Made by a program: the position numbers and the translations under genes. From positions 154,869 through 218,868 of the forward strand of contig JBBAAI010000001.1 in the NCBI GenBank assembly GCA_041658325.1: a stretch of 64,000 nt of DNA, read 5' to 3'. Below are positions 49,928-59,465 of this stretch, piece after piece (position 1 is the first letter of the stretch; each line of letters opens with the position of its first letter). The DNA is from Minisyncoccota bacterium (GTDB lineage Bacteria; Patescibacteriota; Minisyncoccia; Phycocordibacterales; UBA9973). The notes beneath the pieces are model-generated. The model had not been told where the DNA came from, made no database searches, and saw only the letters and a list, made by a program, of their open reading frames with translations.

Positions 49928-50341
49928 ATGGGTGAATTTTCTCCAAAAACAAGCAATCCTGAAAGAAATGAAAAACTTTCAAAAAGAATATTATTTGCTG
50001 ATGATGAAAAAAGTATTTTATTTGGGTTGGGTATGCTTTTAGAGGGCGAGGGCTATACTGTTGATACGGCAGAAAATGGACAATTACTTTTAGATAAATT
50101 GGAAAAAGAAAATTATGATCTTGTTGTTACTGATAATAACATGCCTATACTTGATGGCATTGAAGCACTTAAACGGATTCGTGGTGACGCACGTTTTAAA
50201 AACTTACCGGTAATTGTTAATTCAGGAGATGATGTTGGAGAAACTGTCAAAAGCCTAGGAGGAGTCTTTTCTTCGAAAGGTAATTCTTTTAACATTCTAC
50301 TTAAAAAGATTAAAGATCTTCTTTCAGATTCTGGGGAATAA
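49928..50341 (+). CDS. Single-domain response regulator (CheY-like receiver)
   Basis: ILFADDE, DLVVTDNNMP..DG, PVIVNS, conserved K. Confidence 0.88.
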   Translation: MGEFSPKTSNPERNEKLSKRILFADDEKSILFGLGMLLEGEGYTVDTAENGQLLLDKLEKENYDLVVTDNNMPILDGIEALKRIRGDARFKNLPVIVNSGDDVGETVKSLGGVFSSKGNSFNILLKKIKDLLSDSGE

Positions 50342-50498
50342 GATTGTTTGACAACGTTTTATAATCTGCTATTATCTAAACAACTGCACTTTCTGCAGTT
50401 TTTATATTGTTTTTTTATTATTAATAGCTAATTTATTAGTAATTAAGCCTTAGCAACTGGTTCTCGTATGCTGAGTTTTGATTATTAAAAACAAAAAT

Positions 50499-51692
50499 AT
50501 GGCAGAAGAATTTAAGAGAGACAAGCCGCACATCAATGTCGGCACTATCGGTCACGTTGACCATGGAAAGACCACTTTAACCGCTGCAATCTTGCACGTG
50601 TTAAACATGGCAGGAAAGACTGTTCGTCTACGCGGAGTTGATCAAATCGATAACGCTCCAGAAGAAAAAGCTCGTGGAATCACCATTAACATTTCTCACA
50701 ACGAGTATGCTACCGATGCACGTCACTATGCGCACATCGATGCTCCAGGACACGCTGACTACATCAAAAACATGATTACCGGTGCCGCTCAAATGGACGG
50801 TGCTATTTTGGTGGTTGCGGCTACTGACGGTGCTATGCCTCAAACTCGTGAGCACGTTTTGCTTGCAAAACAAGTTGGTGTGCCAAAAATGATTGTTTTC
50901 TTAAACAAGTGCGACATGGTTGATGACAAAGACATGATCGATATGGTGGAAGAAGAAATCCGTGAACTTCTAACCAAGCAAGGTTTTGATGGCGCAAATG
51001 CTCCAGTTATTCGTGGTTCTGCTCTCAAGGCTCTTGAAGCAAAATCTCTTGATGATGAATGGGCAAAGAAAATCCTTGAATTGACCAATGCTCTTGATAC
51101 TTATATCCCTGTTCCTGAACGTGATGTTACCAAGCCTTTCCTTATGCCAGTAGAAGACATTTTCTCTATTGAAGGACGAGGTACAGTAGTTACCGGTAAA
51201 ATCGAAAGAGGAGTAGTAAAAGTTGGAGAAGAAGTGGAAATTATTGGAATCAAGCCTACTCAAAAAACAACTGTTACCGGTATTGAAATGTTCAACAAAA
51301 ATCTTCAAGAAGGTATGGCTGGCGACAACGCTGGTATTCTTCTCCGAGGTTTAAAGAAAGAAGACATTACTCGCGGACAAGTTCTTGCTAAACCAGGAAC
51401 AGTTACTCCGCACGATAACTTTACTTGTGAAATTTACGTTTTGAAAAAAGAAGAAGGTGGACGTCACACTCCATTCTTCAAGGGTTACAAACCTCAGTTC
51501 TACATTCGTACCACGGACGTAACTGGAGATGTGACACTTGCAGAAGGCACAGAAATGGTTATGCCTGGTGATACAGTTAAAATTACAGTTAAATTAGTTA
51601 CTCCAGTTGCACTGGAAGAATCACAAAGATTTGCAGTTCGAGAAGGAGGAAAGACAGTCGGCGCAGGGGTGGTTACTAAAATTCTTGGTTAA
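50499..51692 (+). CDS. tuf: Elongation factor Tu
   Basis: [28 protein letters not shown]. Confidence 0.98.
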   Translation: MAEEFKRDKPHINVGTIGHVDHGKTTLTAAILHVLNMAGKTVRLRGVDQIDNAPEEKARGITINISHNEYATDARHYAHIDAPGHADYIKNMITGAAQMDGAILVVAATDGAMPQTREHVLLAKQVGVPKMIVFLNKCDMVDDKDMIDMVEEEIRELLTKQGFDGANAPVIRGSALKALEAKSLDDEWAKKILELTNALDTYIPVPERDVTKPFLMPVEDIFSIEGRGTVVTGKIERGVVKVGEEVEIIGIKPTQKTTVTGIEMFNKNLQEGMAGDNAGILLRGLKKEDITRGQVLAKPGTVTPHDNFTCEIYVLKKEEGGRHTPFFKGYKPQFYIRTTDVTGDVTLAEGTEMVMPGDTVKITVKLVTPVALEESQRFAVREGGKTVGAGVVTKILG

Positions 51693-51723
51693 AAGTTTGT
51701 GGAAAAAAGTTCCTTAAAAAATC

Positions 51724-52134
51724 ATGACAACAACAGAAACAAAAATAAAAAAACCTAAAGCTCCAGTAAAACCTAAAGCTGGGGTATCAAAAGCCAAAAC
51801 TTCTTCTAAAACAGAAAAAGTTGACGGTAAGGTGATACTTCGTATTCGAGTTCGCGCTTACGAGAGCAAAATCTTAGATGCGTCTATTAAACAAATTATG
51901 GATACTGCTGTGCGTTATGATGCTGTGATTGTAGGACCTGTTCCACTGCCAATCGAAATAAAGAAATATACAGTTAATCGTTCTCCTTTTATTTACAAAA
52001 ACACACGAGAACAATTTGAAATAAGAGTGCATAAACGATTGATTGATATTATAAATCCAAACGCAAAGACCGTTGAGGCTCTGACGAATCTTTCGCTTCC
52101 CTCGGGAGTCGACATTGATGTCAAAATGATGTAA
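51724..52134 (+). CDS. rpsJ: 30S ribosomal protein S10 with Lys-rich N-terminal extension
   Basis: RIRVRAY, GPVPLP, REQFEIRVHKRL. Confidence 0.96.
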   Translation: MTTTETKIKKPKAPVKPKAGVSKAKTSSKTEKVDGKVILRIRVRAYESKILDASIKQIMDTAVRYDAVIVGPVPLPIEIKKYTVNRSPFIYKNTREQFEIRVHKRLIDIINPNAKTVEALTNLSLPSGVDIDVKMM

Positions 52135-52158
52135 TTACGAGCTTAACGTCACAAAATT

Positions 52159-52773
52159 ATGAAATTTATTCTGGGAACAAAAGAAAATATGGCGGAGTAC
52201 TTTTCCGAAGACGGAACTGTTTTTCCAGTTACGATAGTTTCTGCGCCATCATCAATTGTGACAAGAATTTTTGAAAAATCCAAAGATGGCTATGATTCTG
52301 TTCAAGTTGGTTTCGGCACACAAAAAAAAGAAAGAGTCACAAAGGGAAGAGCCGGAGCGATGAAGGGTGCTTTTTACAAAACCCTCAAAGAATTCAGGCT
52401 AAAACCCACCGATAAAACTGAAGTGAAAGAAGGAGACGTTATTGATGTTGGCACTTTTTCTGCTGGCGATAAGATAATAGTATCTAGTATTTCTAAAGGT
52501 AAAGGCTTTCAAGGAGTTGTAAAACGTCATGGTTTTCATGGTGGTCCACGTACACACGGTCAAAAACACTCAGAACGAGAACCTGGGAGTATCGGAGGTG
52601 GACTTCGAACACATGTTCCAAAAGGGATGAGAATGGCAGGTCGCATGGGCTCTGAACGTATTACTCAGAAAAATTTACAAATTGTTTTCGTAGATAAAGA
52701 AAATAGTTTGTTGCTTGTGAAGGGTGCCATCGCTGGACGAAAAGGAAGTTTAGTCGAAATAGTACAGAGATAA
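52159..52773 (+). CDS. rplC: 50S ribosomal protein L3
   Basis: KGKGFQGVVKRHGF, MAGRMG. Confidence 0.97.
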   Translation: MKFILGTKENMAEYFSEDGTVFPVTIVSAPSSIVTRIFEKSKDGYDSVQVGFGTQKKERVTKGRAGAMKGAFYKTLKEFRLKPTDKTEVKEGDVIDVGTFSAGDKIIVSSISKGKGFQGVVKRHGFHGGPRTHGQKHSEREPGSIGGGLRTHVPKGMRMAGRMGSERITQKNLQIVFVDKENSLLLVKGAIAGRKGSLVEIVQR

Positions 52774-52778
52774 TTTAT

Positions 52779-53438
52779 ATGGAAGCAAAAATATACAACC
52801 AAAAAGGAGTCGAAGCAGGGAAAATAAATCTTCCAGCAAAAGTTTTCGCCGCTAAGTGGCGAGCAGATTTGGTGCACCAAGTAGTAGAAGGAATGCGTAG
52901 CAATAAACGCGCTGGCACGGCTGATACTAAAGACCGTGGAGAGGTGAGTGGTGGAGGCAGGAAGCCGTGGAAACAAAAAGGAACGGGGCGTGCGCGACAC
53001 GGTTCTACACGATCACCTATTTGGGTTGGCGGAGGAGTTACTCATGGTCCTTTAGCAGAGAAAAATTACAAAAGAAAGGTATCAAAGAAGATGCGTGCTC
53101 AAGCTCTCTTTTCTGTACTTTCTAGAAAAATGAAAGACGGCGAAATTATTTTTATTGATACTCTCGCTTTGTCTGAGATGAAAACAAAGAAAGCTCTCGA
53201 TGTTATGAAGAATATTGCTAAAGCTTCCGGATTGAAACCATTTGCTGGATCAAAGAAAGCTAGAGTTTTGACAGCTTTATTTGGACGCAATGAAAAAGCA
53301 GAAAAGAGTTTTAGAAATTTACCTCAATTAGAAATTATTTTTCTTAAAAATCTTAATCCGATGGACGCCCTTAATCATCAATATATTTTAATAGAAAATC
53401 CCGAGGAGGCAGTTAAATTTTTAGAGGCTAGGGGTTAA
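52779..53438 (+). CDS. rplD: 50S ribosomal protein L4
   Basis: KPWKQKGTGRARHG. Confidence 0.97.
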   Translation: MEAKIYNQKGVEAGKINLPAKVFAAKWRADLVHQVVEGMRSNKRAGTADTKDRGEVSGGGRKPWKQKGTGRARHGSTRSPIWVGGGVTHGPLAEKNYKRKVSKKMRAQALFSVLSRKMKDGEIIFIDTLALSEMKTKKALDVMKNIAKASGLKPFAGSKKARVLTALFGRNEKAEKSFRNLPQLEIIFLKNLNPMDALNHQYILIENPEEAVKFLEARG

Positions 53439-53452
53439 TTTGAGTTAAATTT

Positions 53453-53722
53453 ATGACAACAATTATTAAAAATCCAAGAATTACTGAAAAAGCATCTTTT
53501 GGCGCAGAACAGAATGTTTATACTTTTGACATTACTTCTTCTGCCAACAAAACAGAAATAAAGAAGGCCATTTTTTCCCTTTATAAAGTAAAACCCCTCA
53601 AGGTAAATGTTCTGAATATTCCAAGAAAAAAGATTATGTCTAAAGGCAAGGCTGGAGTAAGAGGAGGTGGAAGAAAAGCGTTTGTTTATTTGAAAAAGGG
53701 AGATAAGATAGAGTTTGTGTAA
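53453..53722 (+). CDS. rplW: 50S ribosomal protein L23
   Basis: PRITEK, ANKTEIKKA, RKAFV. Confidence 0.95.
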   Translation: MTTIIKNPRITEKASFGAEQNVYTFDITSSANKTEIKKAIFSLYKVKPLKVNVLNIPRKKIMSKGKAGVRGGGRKAFVYLKKGDKIEFV

Positions 53723-53730
53723 TTTTTAAT

Positions 53731-54570
53731 ATGAAAACATATAAACCAACAAGTAAATCAAGAAGACAAATGACTAACGTAAGTTATCGGGGAGTTCTAA
53801 CGACCTCTACTCCTTTGAAGTCTCTTACTTACGGATTTAGGCGTGCAGTCGGAAGAAATAGTGCTGGACGCATTACGATGAGACACAAGGGTAGCGGGCA
53901 CAAACGTCTCTATCGTCTAGTTGATTTTTTATATGACAAAAAAGAGATTCCAGCCAAAATAAAATCTGTTGAATACGACCCAAATCGTTCAGCATTTATT
54001 GGGCTTGCTGTTTATAAAGATGGAGAAAAAAGATATGTAGTGTTGCCAAAGTCTGTAAAACCCGGAGATTCTTTTATCGTATCTGCGAAAGCCCCACTTG
54101 CTCCCCTCAATAGATTGCCTCTCAAAAATATCCCAGTTGGAACTTTTGTTTATAATATTGAAATCAAGCCGGCTGGTGGAGCAAAGATTGGCCGTTCGGC
54201 TGGAATTTTCGCCCAAGTAGTCGCTAATGCTGATGGATATACTAATTTGAAAATGCCTTCAACGGAAGTCAGAAAAATAAATGAGAATTGTTGGGCTTGT
54301 GTTGGAACTGTTTCCAATGAAGAACATCACTTAGAAAATTATGGTAAAGCTGGACGCAGTCGCTGGAAAGGAATACGTCCAACTGTTCGTGGTACGGCGA
54401 TGAATCCTGTTGACCATCCGTACGGAGGAGGAGAAGGCAGACAAGGGCGCGGAACCAAACGTCCAAAAACTATGTGGGGTAAAGTTACTGGTGGACGCAA
54501 GACTCGTGGTCCAAAGAAATACTCCAACGTCTTTATTGTTTCTCGACGAAAGACAGGAAAGAATAAATAA
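53731..54570 (+). CDS. rplB: 50S ribosomal protein L2
   Basis: EYDPNRSA, RGTAMNPVDHPYGGGEG. Confidence 0.98.
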   Translation: MKTYKPTSKSRRQMTNVSYRGVLTTSTPLKSLTYGFRRAVGRNSAGRITMRHKGSGHKRLYRLVDFLYDKKEIPAKIKSVEYDPNRSAFIGLAVYKDGEKRYVVLPKSVKPGDSFIVSAKAPLAPLNRLPLKNIPVGTFVYNIEIKPAGGAKIGRSAGIFAQVVANADGYTNLKMPSTEVRKINENCWACVGTVSNEEHHLENYGKAGRSRWKGIRPTVRGTAMNPVDHPYGGGEGRQGRGTKRPKTMWGKVTGGRKTRGPKKYSNVFIVSRRKTGKNK

Positions 54571-54576
54571 AAATTA

Positions 54577-54611
54577 ACTAAAAGAATCCCCGATAAGGGG
54601 ATTTTTAGTTG
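54577..54611 (+). terminator. Terminator-like hairpin after rplB
   Basis: AACTAAAAGAATCCCC-GATAA-GGGGATTTTTAGTT. Confidence 0.65.
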
Positions 54612-54663
54612 CTTTTTATTTTGAAAGTGTTATAATACTCTCTATCTATCTGAGGAGGTGTCA

Positions 54664-54837
54664 ATGTCGAAGAAGGTTCCGGCAAAGAGGAGAAGGTACA
54701 AGAGAAACCTGGAAAAGAAACAGCGCGAGGAGAAACTTGCGCGACAACAGGCTAAGGGGAGAGGGGTGCCGGCCGGTACTTTCCAAGATATTCAACCCGC
54801 TCTGAACAAGAGATTTAATGGGCGGGCACAAAGTTAG
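54664..54837 (+). CDS. Small basic protein, 57 aa, inserted between rplB and rpsS (not in ORF track)
   Basis: MSKKVPAKRRRYKRNLEKKQREEKLARQQAKGRGVPAGTFQDIQPALNKRFNGRAQS*; SD GAGGAGGTG; promoter TTGCTT..TGTTATAAT; downstream GGGCGTG..CACGCCC plus T-run. Confidence 0.65.
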   Translation: MSKKVPAKRRRYKRNLEKKQREEKLARQQAKGRGVPAGTFQDIQPALNKRFNGRAQS

Positions 54838-54971
54838 CTCTGTTTGGATCACGGGCGTGTTGCGGGTTTGATTCCCCGGCACGCCCTTTGTTTTTATTTA
54901 AAAATTGACATTTTATTTGAATTTGCTATTATGAAACCAAGCTCGTTAGGAGCTTTTTGTTTGCTTAAATT

Positions 54972-55319
54972 ATGACTAGATCAATCAAAAAAGGATTAAA
55001 TGTTGACGAGAGGCTCTTAAAAAAGATTGCTGGCAAAAACCCGCTTCAGACTCCGATGATTAAGACCTGGAAAAGAGCCTGTGTTATTTCTCCAGAAATG
55101 CTGGGTTTTACTTTTGGTGTTTATAACGGCAAAACGCATTTAGAAGTTCTAGTTACGGAAGACATGGTGGGGCACAGATTAGGAGAATTTTCTCCAACCA
55201 AAAAATTCATGAAACACGGAGGAAAAATGCAGAAAGAACTTGAACAAAAGAAAAAAGAGGCCGAGATAACTCAAGCTAAATCAGCTACTGCTGCTGCAGT
55301 GGATGCTAAAAAGAAATAA
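54972..55319 (+). CDS. rpsS: 30S ribosomal protein S19
   Basis: RSIKKG, MVGHRLGEFSPT. Confidence 0.97.
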   Translation: MTRSIKKGLNVDERLLKKIAGKNPLQTPMIKTWKRACVISPEMLGFTFGVYNGKTHLEVLVTEDMVGHRLGEFSPTKKFMKHGGKMQKELEQKKKEAEITQAKSATAAAVDAKKK

Positions 55320-55347
55320 TTATTCAGCAAACTTATAATAAATTAAC

Positions 55348-55728
55348 ATGAAAGCTTTTTTAAAAAATTACAGACAATCCCCGAGGAAAGTTCGTTTAGT
55401 TGCTGGATTGATTAAGGGTAAAAACGTATCAGAGGCAATCGCTGAGTTAAATTTTTTAGCAAAACGTGCTGGGCTTCCGATCAAAAAACTTTTACTTTCT
55501 GCTGTTGCAAATGCAAAACAAATGGGTATTGAAGTAGATAATTTATTTATAAAAGAATTGCGAGTTGATAAAGGTATCGTAATGAAAAGAATGATGCCCG
55601 CAGCGATGGGTACAGGACACAGGATAAACAAGCGTACAAGTCACTTAAATCTTCTTTTAGCAGAAAAAGTTATAAAAAAACCAGCAAAAACGAAAGAAAT
55701 AAAAGCTAAGAAAGCAGTAAAAAAATAA
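55348..55728 (+). CDS. rplV: 50S ribosomal protein L22
   Basis: SPRKVRLV, SAVANA, KRTSH. Confidence 0.97.
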   Translation: MKAFLKNYRQSPRKVRLVAGLIKGKNVSEAIAELNFLAKRAGLPIKKLLLSAVANAKQMGIEVDNLFIKELRVDKGIVMKRMMPAAMGTGHRINKRTSHLNLLLAEKVIKKPAKTKEIKAKKAVKK

Positions 55729-55729
55729 T

Positions 55730-56452
55730 ATGTCAAAAATAGTTCACCCATATGCACATAGATTGATTATATTAAGAGACTGGAAGTCTCGTTGGTTTGC
55801 TGATCCAAAAAAATATTTAATTTATCTAAAAGGAGATGTCTTACTTCGCCAGTTCTTGGAAAAGAAATTGCGTGGAATGTATATTTCTAGTATTGAAATT
55901 GAAAGAAGCAGGAAAGCTACTCGTTTTATAATTAAAACTTCTCGTCCTGGTCTTATTATTGGTAGAAGTGGAGAAGGAGCGACAAAACTCAAAGAAGAAA
56001 TTTTAAAGAAAATGGATAAATTAAAACTTCCAAGACCGGAAGATTTCAAACTTGAAATTATGGAAGTTTCAAATCCAGAAGCGGATGCGGCTATCGTGGC
56101 TTATATGATTGCTGAAGGATTAGAAAAGAGAATGCCTTATCGTAGAGTAATCAAACAAATTATTGAAAAAGTTATGCAAGCTCACGGAGTAGAGGGAGCG
56201 AGAGTGGTATTGTCAGGTCGTTTAGGAGGAGCTGAAATTGCTCGTACGGAAGAGCTTAAGCGTGGAAGTATTCCGCTTCAGACTTTCCGCGCGGACATAG
56301 ATTTCAAGCGAGAGCGAGCGACATTGTCTTATGGTGTTGTTGGTATTAAAGTTTGGATTTATCGGGGTAAAATTTTCTCTGAAAAGAAAGCTCGCACCGC
56401 TTTTTCTACAGCGCCAGTTAATGAAAAAGATAATAAATTAAAAACTGATTAA
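55730..56452 (+). CDS. rpsC: 30S ribosomal protein S3
   Basis: RPGLIIG, GRLGGAEIAR, GIKVWI. Confidence 0.97.
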   Translation: MSKIVHPYAHRLIILRDWKSRWFADPKKYLIYLKGDVLLRQFLEKKLRGMYISSIEIERSRKATRFIIKTSRPGLIIGRSGEGATKLKEEILKKMDKLKLPRPEDFKLEIMEVSNPEADAAIVAYMIAEGLEKRMPYRRVIKQIIEKVMQAHGVEGARVVLSGRLGGAEIARTEELKRGSIPLQTFRADIDFKRERATLSYGVVGIKVWIYRGKIFSEKKARTAFSTAPVNEKDNKLKTD

Positions 56453-56457
56453 ATATT

Positions 56458-56883
56458 ATGTTAGTACCCAAAAAAGTAAAATTTAGAAAATGGCAGACAG
56501 GACGTTCTAATCCAAAATCACGATCAGCTGATACTCGTGGTGTTAAACTTGCTTTTGGTTCTTATGGTTTAAAGTCTGAAACTCAAGCGAGAGTGAAATC
56601 AAACCAAATCGAATCTGCTCGAAAAGTTATTTCTCGTACCCTAACTAAAACTGGTAAATATTGGGTTCGTATTTTCCCAGATCGTCCGTATACAGCTAAA
56701 GCTGCGGAAGTGGGCATGGGAAAAGGAAAAGGAGACCCACAGGGATATTGTTTTGATGTTCTTCCTGGACGTATTATTTTTGAAGTAGATGGCGCAGATA
56801 AAAAAACTTCTCATGAAGCGCTTCGAAAAGCTGGGTCTAAGTTACCGATTAAAACCAGAATTGTCGGCAGAGTAAATGAATAA
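56458..56883 (+). CDS. rplP: 50S ribosomal protein L16
   Basis: IESAR, RIFPD, MGKGKG, KLPIK. Confidence 0.97.
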   Translation: MLVPKKVKFRKWQTGRSNPKSRSADTRGVKLAFGSYGLKSETQARVKSNQIESARKVISRTLTKTGKYWVRIFPDRPYTAKAAEVGMGKGKGDPQGYCFDVLPGRIIFEVDGADKKTSHEALRKAGSKLPIKTRIVGRVNE

Positions 56884-56892
56884 TATTATTTT

Positions 56893-57105
56893 ATGGCAAA
56901 GACAAAGAAAAACTCAAGAGGAAATTTTAAAGAAATGACAGAAGCAGAGCTAAAAAAAGAGCTTGTTACTTTGCGAGATGGTTTACGAGTTATTCATTTT
57001 AAGTCTGAGGGCTCAAGATCAAAAAACGTCAAAGAATCTGCGACTTTAAAGAGACAAATAGCTAGAATGTTGACAGAAATGAATAAAAATAATAAAAAGC
57101 AATAA
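56893..57105 (+). CDS. rpmC: 50S ribosomal protein L29
   Basis: KRQIARMLT; operon position. Confidence 0.9.
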   Translation: MAKTKKNSRGNFKEMTEAELKKELVTLRDGLRVIHFKSEGSRSKNVKESATLKRQIARMLTEMNKNNKKQ

Positions 57106-57108
57106 TAT

Positions 57109-57369
57109 ATGACAAAAAAGATACAAGAAAAGAATACTGAAAACAAAGGAAAATTCTTAAAAGGAGTGGTTGTTTCCGACAAAATGGACAAGACCGTTGT
57201 TGTGTCAGTTTCTCGATTTGTGAAGCATCCTTTGTATGGAAAGTTTTACAAAATTAGCAAGAAATACAAAGCTCACGATGAAGCTAATAAATATAAGATA
57301 GGAGATAAGGTAGAAATAGTGGAAACCAGACCGATTTCCAAAGATAAAAAGTTTAAAGTCGTGCAGTAA
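57109..57369 (+). CDS. rpsQ: 30S ribosomal protein S17
   Basis: [18 protein letters not shown]. Confidence 0.97.
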   Translation: MTKKIQEKNTENKGKFLKGVVVSDKMDKTVVVSVSRFVKHPLYGKFYKISKKYKAHDEANKYKIGDKVEIVETRPISKDKKFKVVQ

Positions 57370-57384
57370 TTTTAATTAAATTTT

Positions 57385-57756
57385 ATGATTCAAAACGAAA
57401 CCTTAGTAAATATAACAGACAATGCCGGAGGCACCGTAGGAAAGGTGTTCAAGATTTTAGGCTCTTCCAAAAAGAGATATGCTACTTTGGGAGAATTGGT
57501 TATTATTTCAGTTAAAATAGCTTCTCCCCGCAAGGCCGTAAAGAAGAAAGATGTGCATCAGGCTGTCGTTGTACGCACTCGTGGTGCTTATAGAAGAAAA
57601 GACGGTTCATATATTCGTTTTGATGATAACGCGGTAGTTATTTTAGAAAAAGGGAAAAAAGATCCAAAAGCAGGCCGTATTTTTGGACCTATTCCAAGAG
57701 AATTGGCAGAGAAAGGATTTCAGAAAATAATTTCCTTGGCGCAAGAAGTTATATAG
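57385..57756 (+). CDS. rplN: 50S ribosomal protein L14
   Basis: DNAG, IRFDDNA, RIFGPI. Confidence 0.97.
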   Translation: MIQNETLVNITDNAGGTVGKVFKILGSSKKRYATLGELVIISVKIASPRKAVKKKDVHQAVVVRTRGAYRRKDGSYIRFDDNAVVILEKGKKDPKAGRIFGPIPRELAEKGFQKIISLAQEVI

Positions 57757-57773
57757 TATTTTAAATAAAACAT

Positions 57774-57992
57774 ATGAAATTAAAAAAAGGAGACAATGTA
57801 AAAATAATCACCGGTAAAGACAAAGGAAAGTCTGGTAAAATTGTGCGAGCTTTGCCTAAAGAAAACAAAGTGATTGTTGAAGGTTTGAATATGATGAAAA
57901 AACATCAACGTCCTAGAAAGTCTGGGGAAAAAGGCACAATGGTAAATATTGCTATGCCTATCCACATTTCTAATGTTAAAAAAGCAGATTAA
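57774..57992 (+). CDS. rplX: 50S ribosomal protein L24 (short, 72 aa)
   Basis: KKGDNVKIITGKDKGK, PIHISNV. Confidence 0.95.
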   Translation: MKLKKGDNVKIITGKDKGKSGKIVRALPKENKVIVEGLNMMKKHQRPRKSGEKGTMVNIAMPIHISNVKKAD

Positions 57993-58002
57993 ATAAAAAA
58001 TT

Positions 58003-58551
58003 ATGAAACACTTAAACGTAAAAGAAAAAGAAATAGAGGCATTTGGAAAAATGAAAGACGCTTTTCATTTTAAAAATGTGATGGCTTCTCCAAAAATGAA
58101 GAAAGTCGTAATCAATGTCGGCACAGGAACGATGGTCAAGAAAGACAAAAATAAAAATGAAGCCGTAGCAGACAGGTTAGCAAAAATTACCGGGCAAAAA
58201 ACTGCCTTGCGAGGAGCGAAGCAATCCATTTCTTCTTTTAAAATTCGCCAAGGAGATCCTGTCGGAGTTGTCGTCACTCTTCGTGGTAAAAGAATGTTCG
58301 CCTTTTTGGAAAAATTAATTAATGTGGCGCTTCCTCGTACGAAGGACTTCCGTGGTATTAATCGTAAAGCAGTAGATAATATCGGGAACTTAACTATCGG
58401 CATCAAAGAACATACCATTTTCCCAGAAACAGCTGATGAAGATATCCGCGACGTTTTCGGTTTGTCTATCACCCTTGTTTCAACTGCAAAAAACAAAAAA
58501 GAAGGCACCGCCTTCTTCGAACTCCTAGGTGTTCCTTTTAAAAAGGAATAA
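58003..58551 (+). CDS. rplE: 50S ribosomal protein L5
   Basis: ITGQK, FKIRQG, ALPRTKDFRG, IFPE. Confidence 0.97.
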   Translation: MKHLNVKEKEIEAFGKMKDAFHFKNVMASPKMKKVVINVGTGTMVKKDKNKNEAVADRLAKITGQKTALRGAKQSISSFKIRQGDPVGVVVTLRGKRMFAFLEKLINVALPRTKDFRGINRKAVDNIGNLTIGIKEHTIFPETADEDIRDVFGLSITLVSTAKNKKEGTAFFELLGVPFKKE

Positions 58552-58560
58552 AACTTTCTA

Positions 58561-58588
58561 TTGACTTTTTCTTAAAATATGCTATCCT
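58561..58588 (+). promoter_or_regulatory. Sigma70-type promoter for the DGR target gene
   Basis: TTGACT-16 nt-TATCCT with extended -10 TG. Confidence 0.6.
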
Positions 58589-58750
58589 ATAAAGATAGTT
58601 CTTTAAAATTACTTGCGAAGGTGGTCATAGCCAAAAGGTGCTTAATATTAGGCATTTCCTGGCTATGACTACCGTTGTGGTTGTCCTCTAGCAAAAACCT
58701 AACCGATGCGTCCTATGGGATGTGTCAAAGAAAAAGGAAGGATGTGCCAA

Positions 58751-59377
58751 ATGGCAAATGCGTCCGAAATCTCTGTCGGTTTAGTTCACGAGCTCGCCAT
58801 CACGGGCACCAAGGTCGGATTCGAGCCCAAAGACTTCGCTACTCTCGCCCACAGCGAGGAAAGGATGTCTTCCATCCTCGGCGTGCTTCATGGTACGCAC
58901 GAGATCCGTCCGATCGATTATGTGATCGATTTCAACTCTCCGGCTCGGTTGCCGTTCAACGGTGCCGTGCTCGAGGTGCACCGCGGAACGGGCATCGTCA
59001 AGCTCGAGAAGAAGGCCGACGGCCTGTATCTCGACGGAAAGAAGCTCACGCTCTTTCTCTCCAAGAAGCAGAAAAAGGGAGGCGTCATCGAGGGCAACAA
59101 GCTTCGCATCGAGCTCGAAAAGAGGGGTAAAAATGTAGGAGCGAAACTCCTTGACCACTTCGTCGAGCATCCAGAGATGTGGCCCGAGGAGTGGAAGAAG
59201 GACGACCAGGGTAATACGCTCTACGTGTTTTTCTGGGATGACATCTTCCGCAACCCGGCGTGTGGCGATCTGTATGTCCGGTGTGGGTGCTGGCGCGGAG
59301 GCGAGGTCATCTCGGGCTACGACTGGCTCGGCGATGACTGGCGCGGCCGCAGCCCGGCTGTCTCTTCCGTAAGTTAG
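58751..59377 (+). CDS. DGR target (variable) protein, 208 aa; C-terminal VR, probable C-type lectin-like fold
   Basis: VR encodes about the last 43 aa; AAGGAAGGA upstream of ATG 58751; no signal peptide seen; fold inferred from known DGR targets. Confidence 0.88.
   Translation: MANASEISVGLVHELAITGTKVGFEPKDFATLAHSEERMSSILGVLHGTHEIRPIDYVIDFNSPARLPFNGAVLEVHRGTGIVKLEKKADGLYLDGKKLTLFLSKKQKKGGVIEGNKLRIELEKRGKNVGAKLLDHFVEHPEMWPEEWKKDDQGNTLYVFFWDDIFRNPACGDLYVRCGCWRGGEVISGYDWLGDDWRGRSPAVSSVS
59246..59369 (+). repeat. DGR variable repeat (VR)
   Basis: Ungapped match to 59707-59830, 104/124 identical. Confidence 0.96.
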
Positions 59378-59429
59378 TAATCAGAACTTTGCCTCTTGGA
59401 TCTTCTTGATCCTTGAGACTTAGTCCTTG

Positions 59430-59465
59430 GGCCCTGTGTGTTTGCTTCGGCATTCGCGCAGGGCC
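59430..59465 (+). other. Hairpin downstream of VR (DGR cis element and/or terminator)
   Basis: GGCCCTGTGTGTTTGC-TTCG-GCATTCGCGCAGGGCC followed by TTTTGTTTT. Confidence 0.7.

Noticed and set aside
54661-54882. 73-aa minus-strand ORF in the rplB-rpsS gap
   Set aside because: Promoter, SD and terminator all point to the + strand 57-aa ORF instead
1-58550. Second DGR target (remote VR) elsewhere in the window
   Set aside because: No further match to the TR was seen by eye; a blastn-short search would be needed to exclude a diverged one
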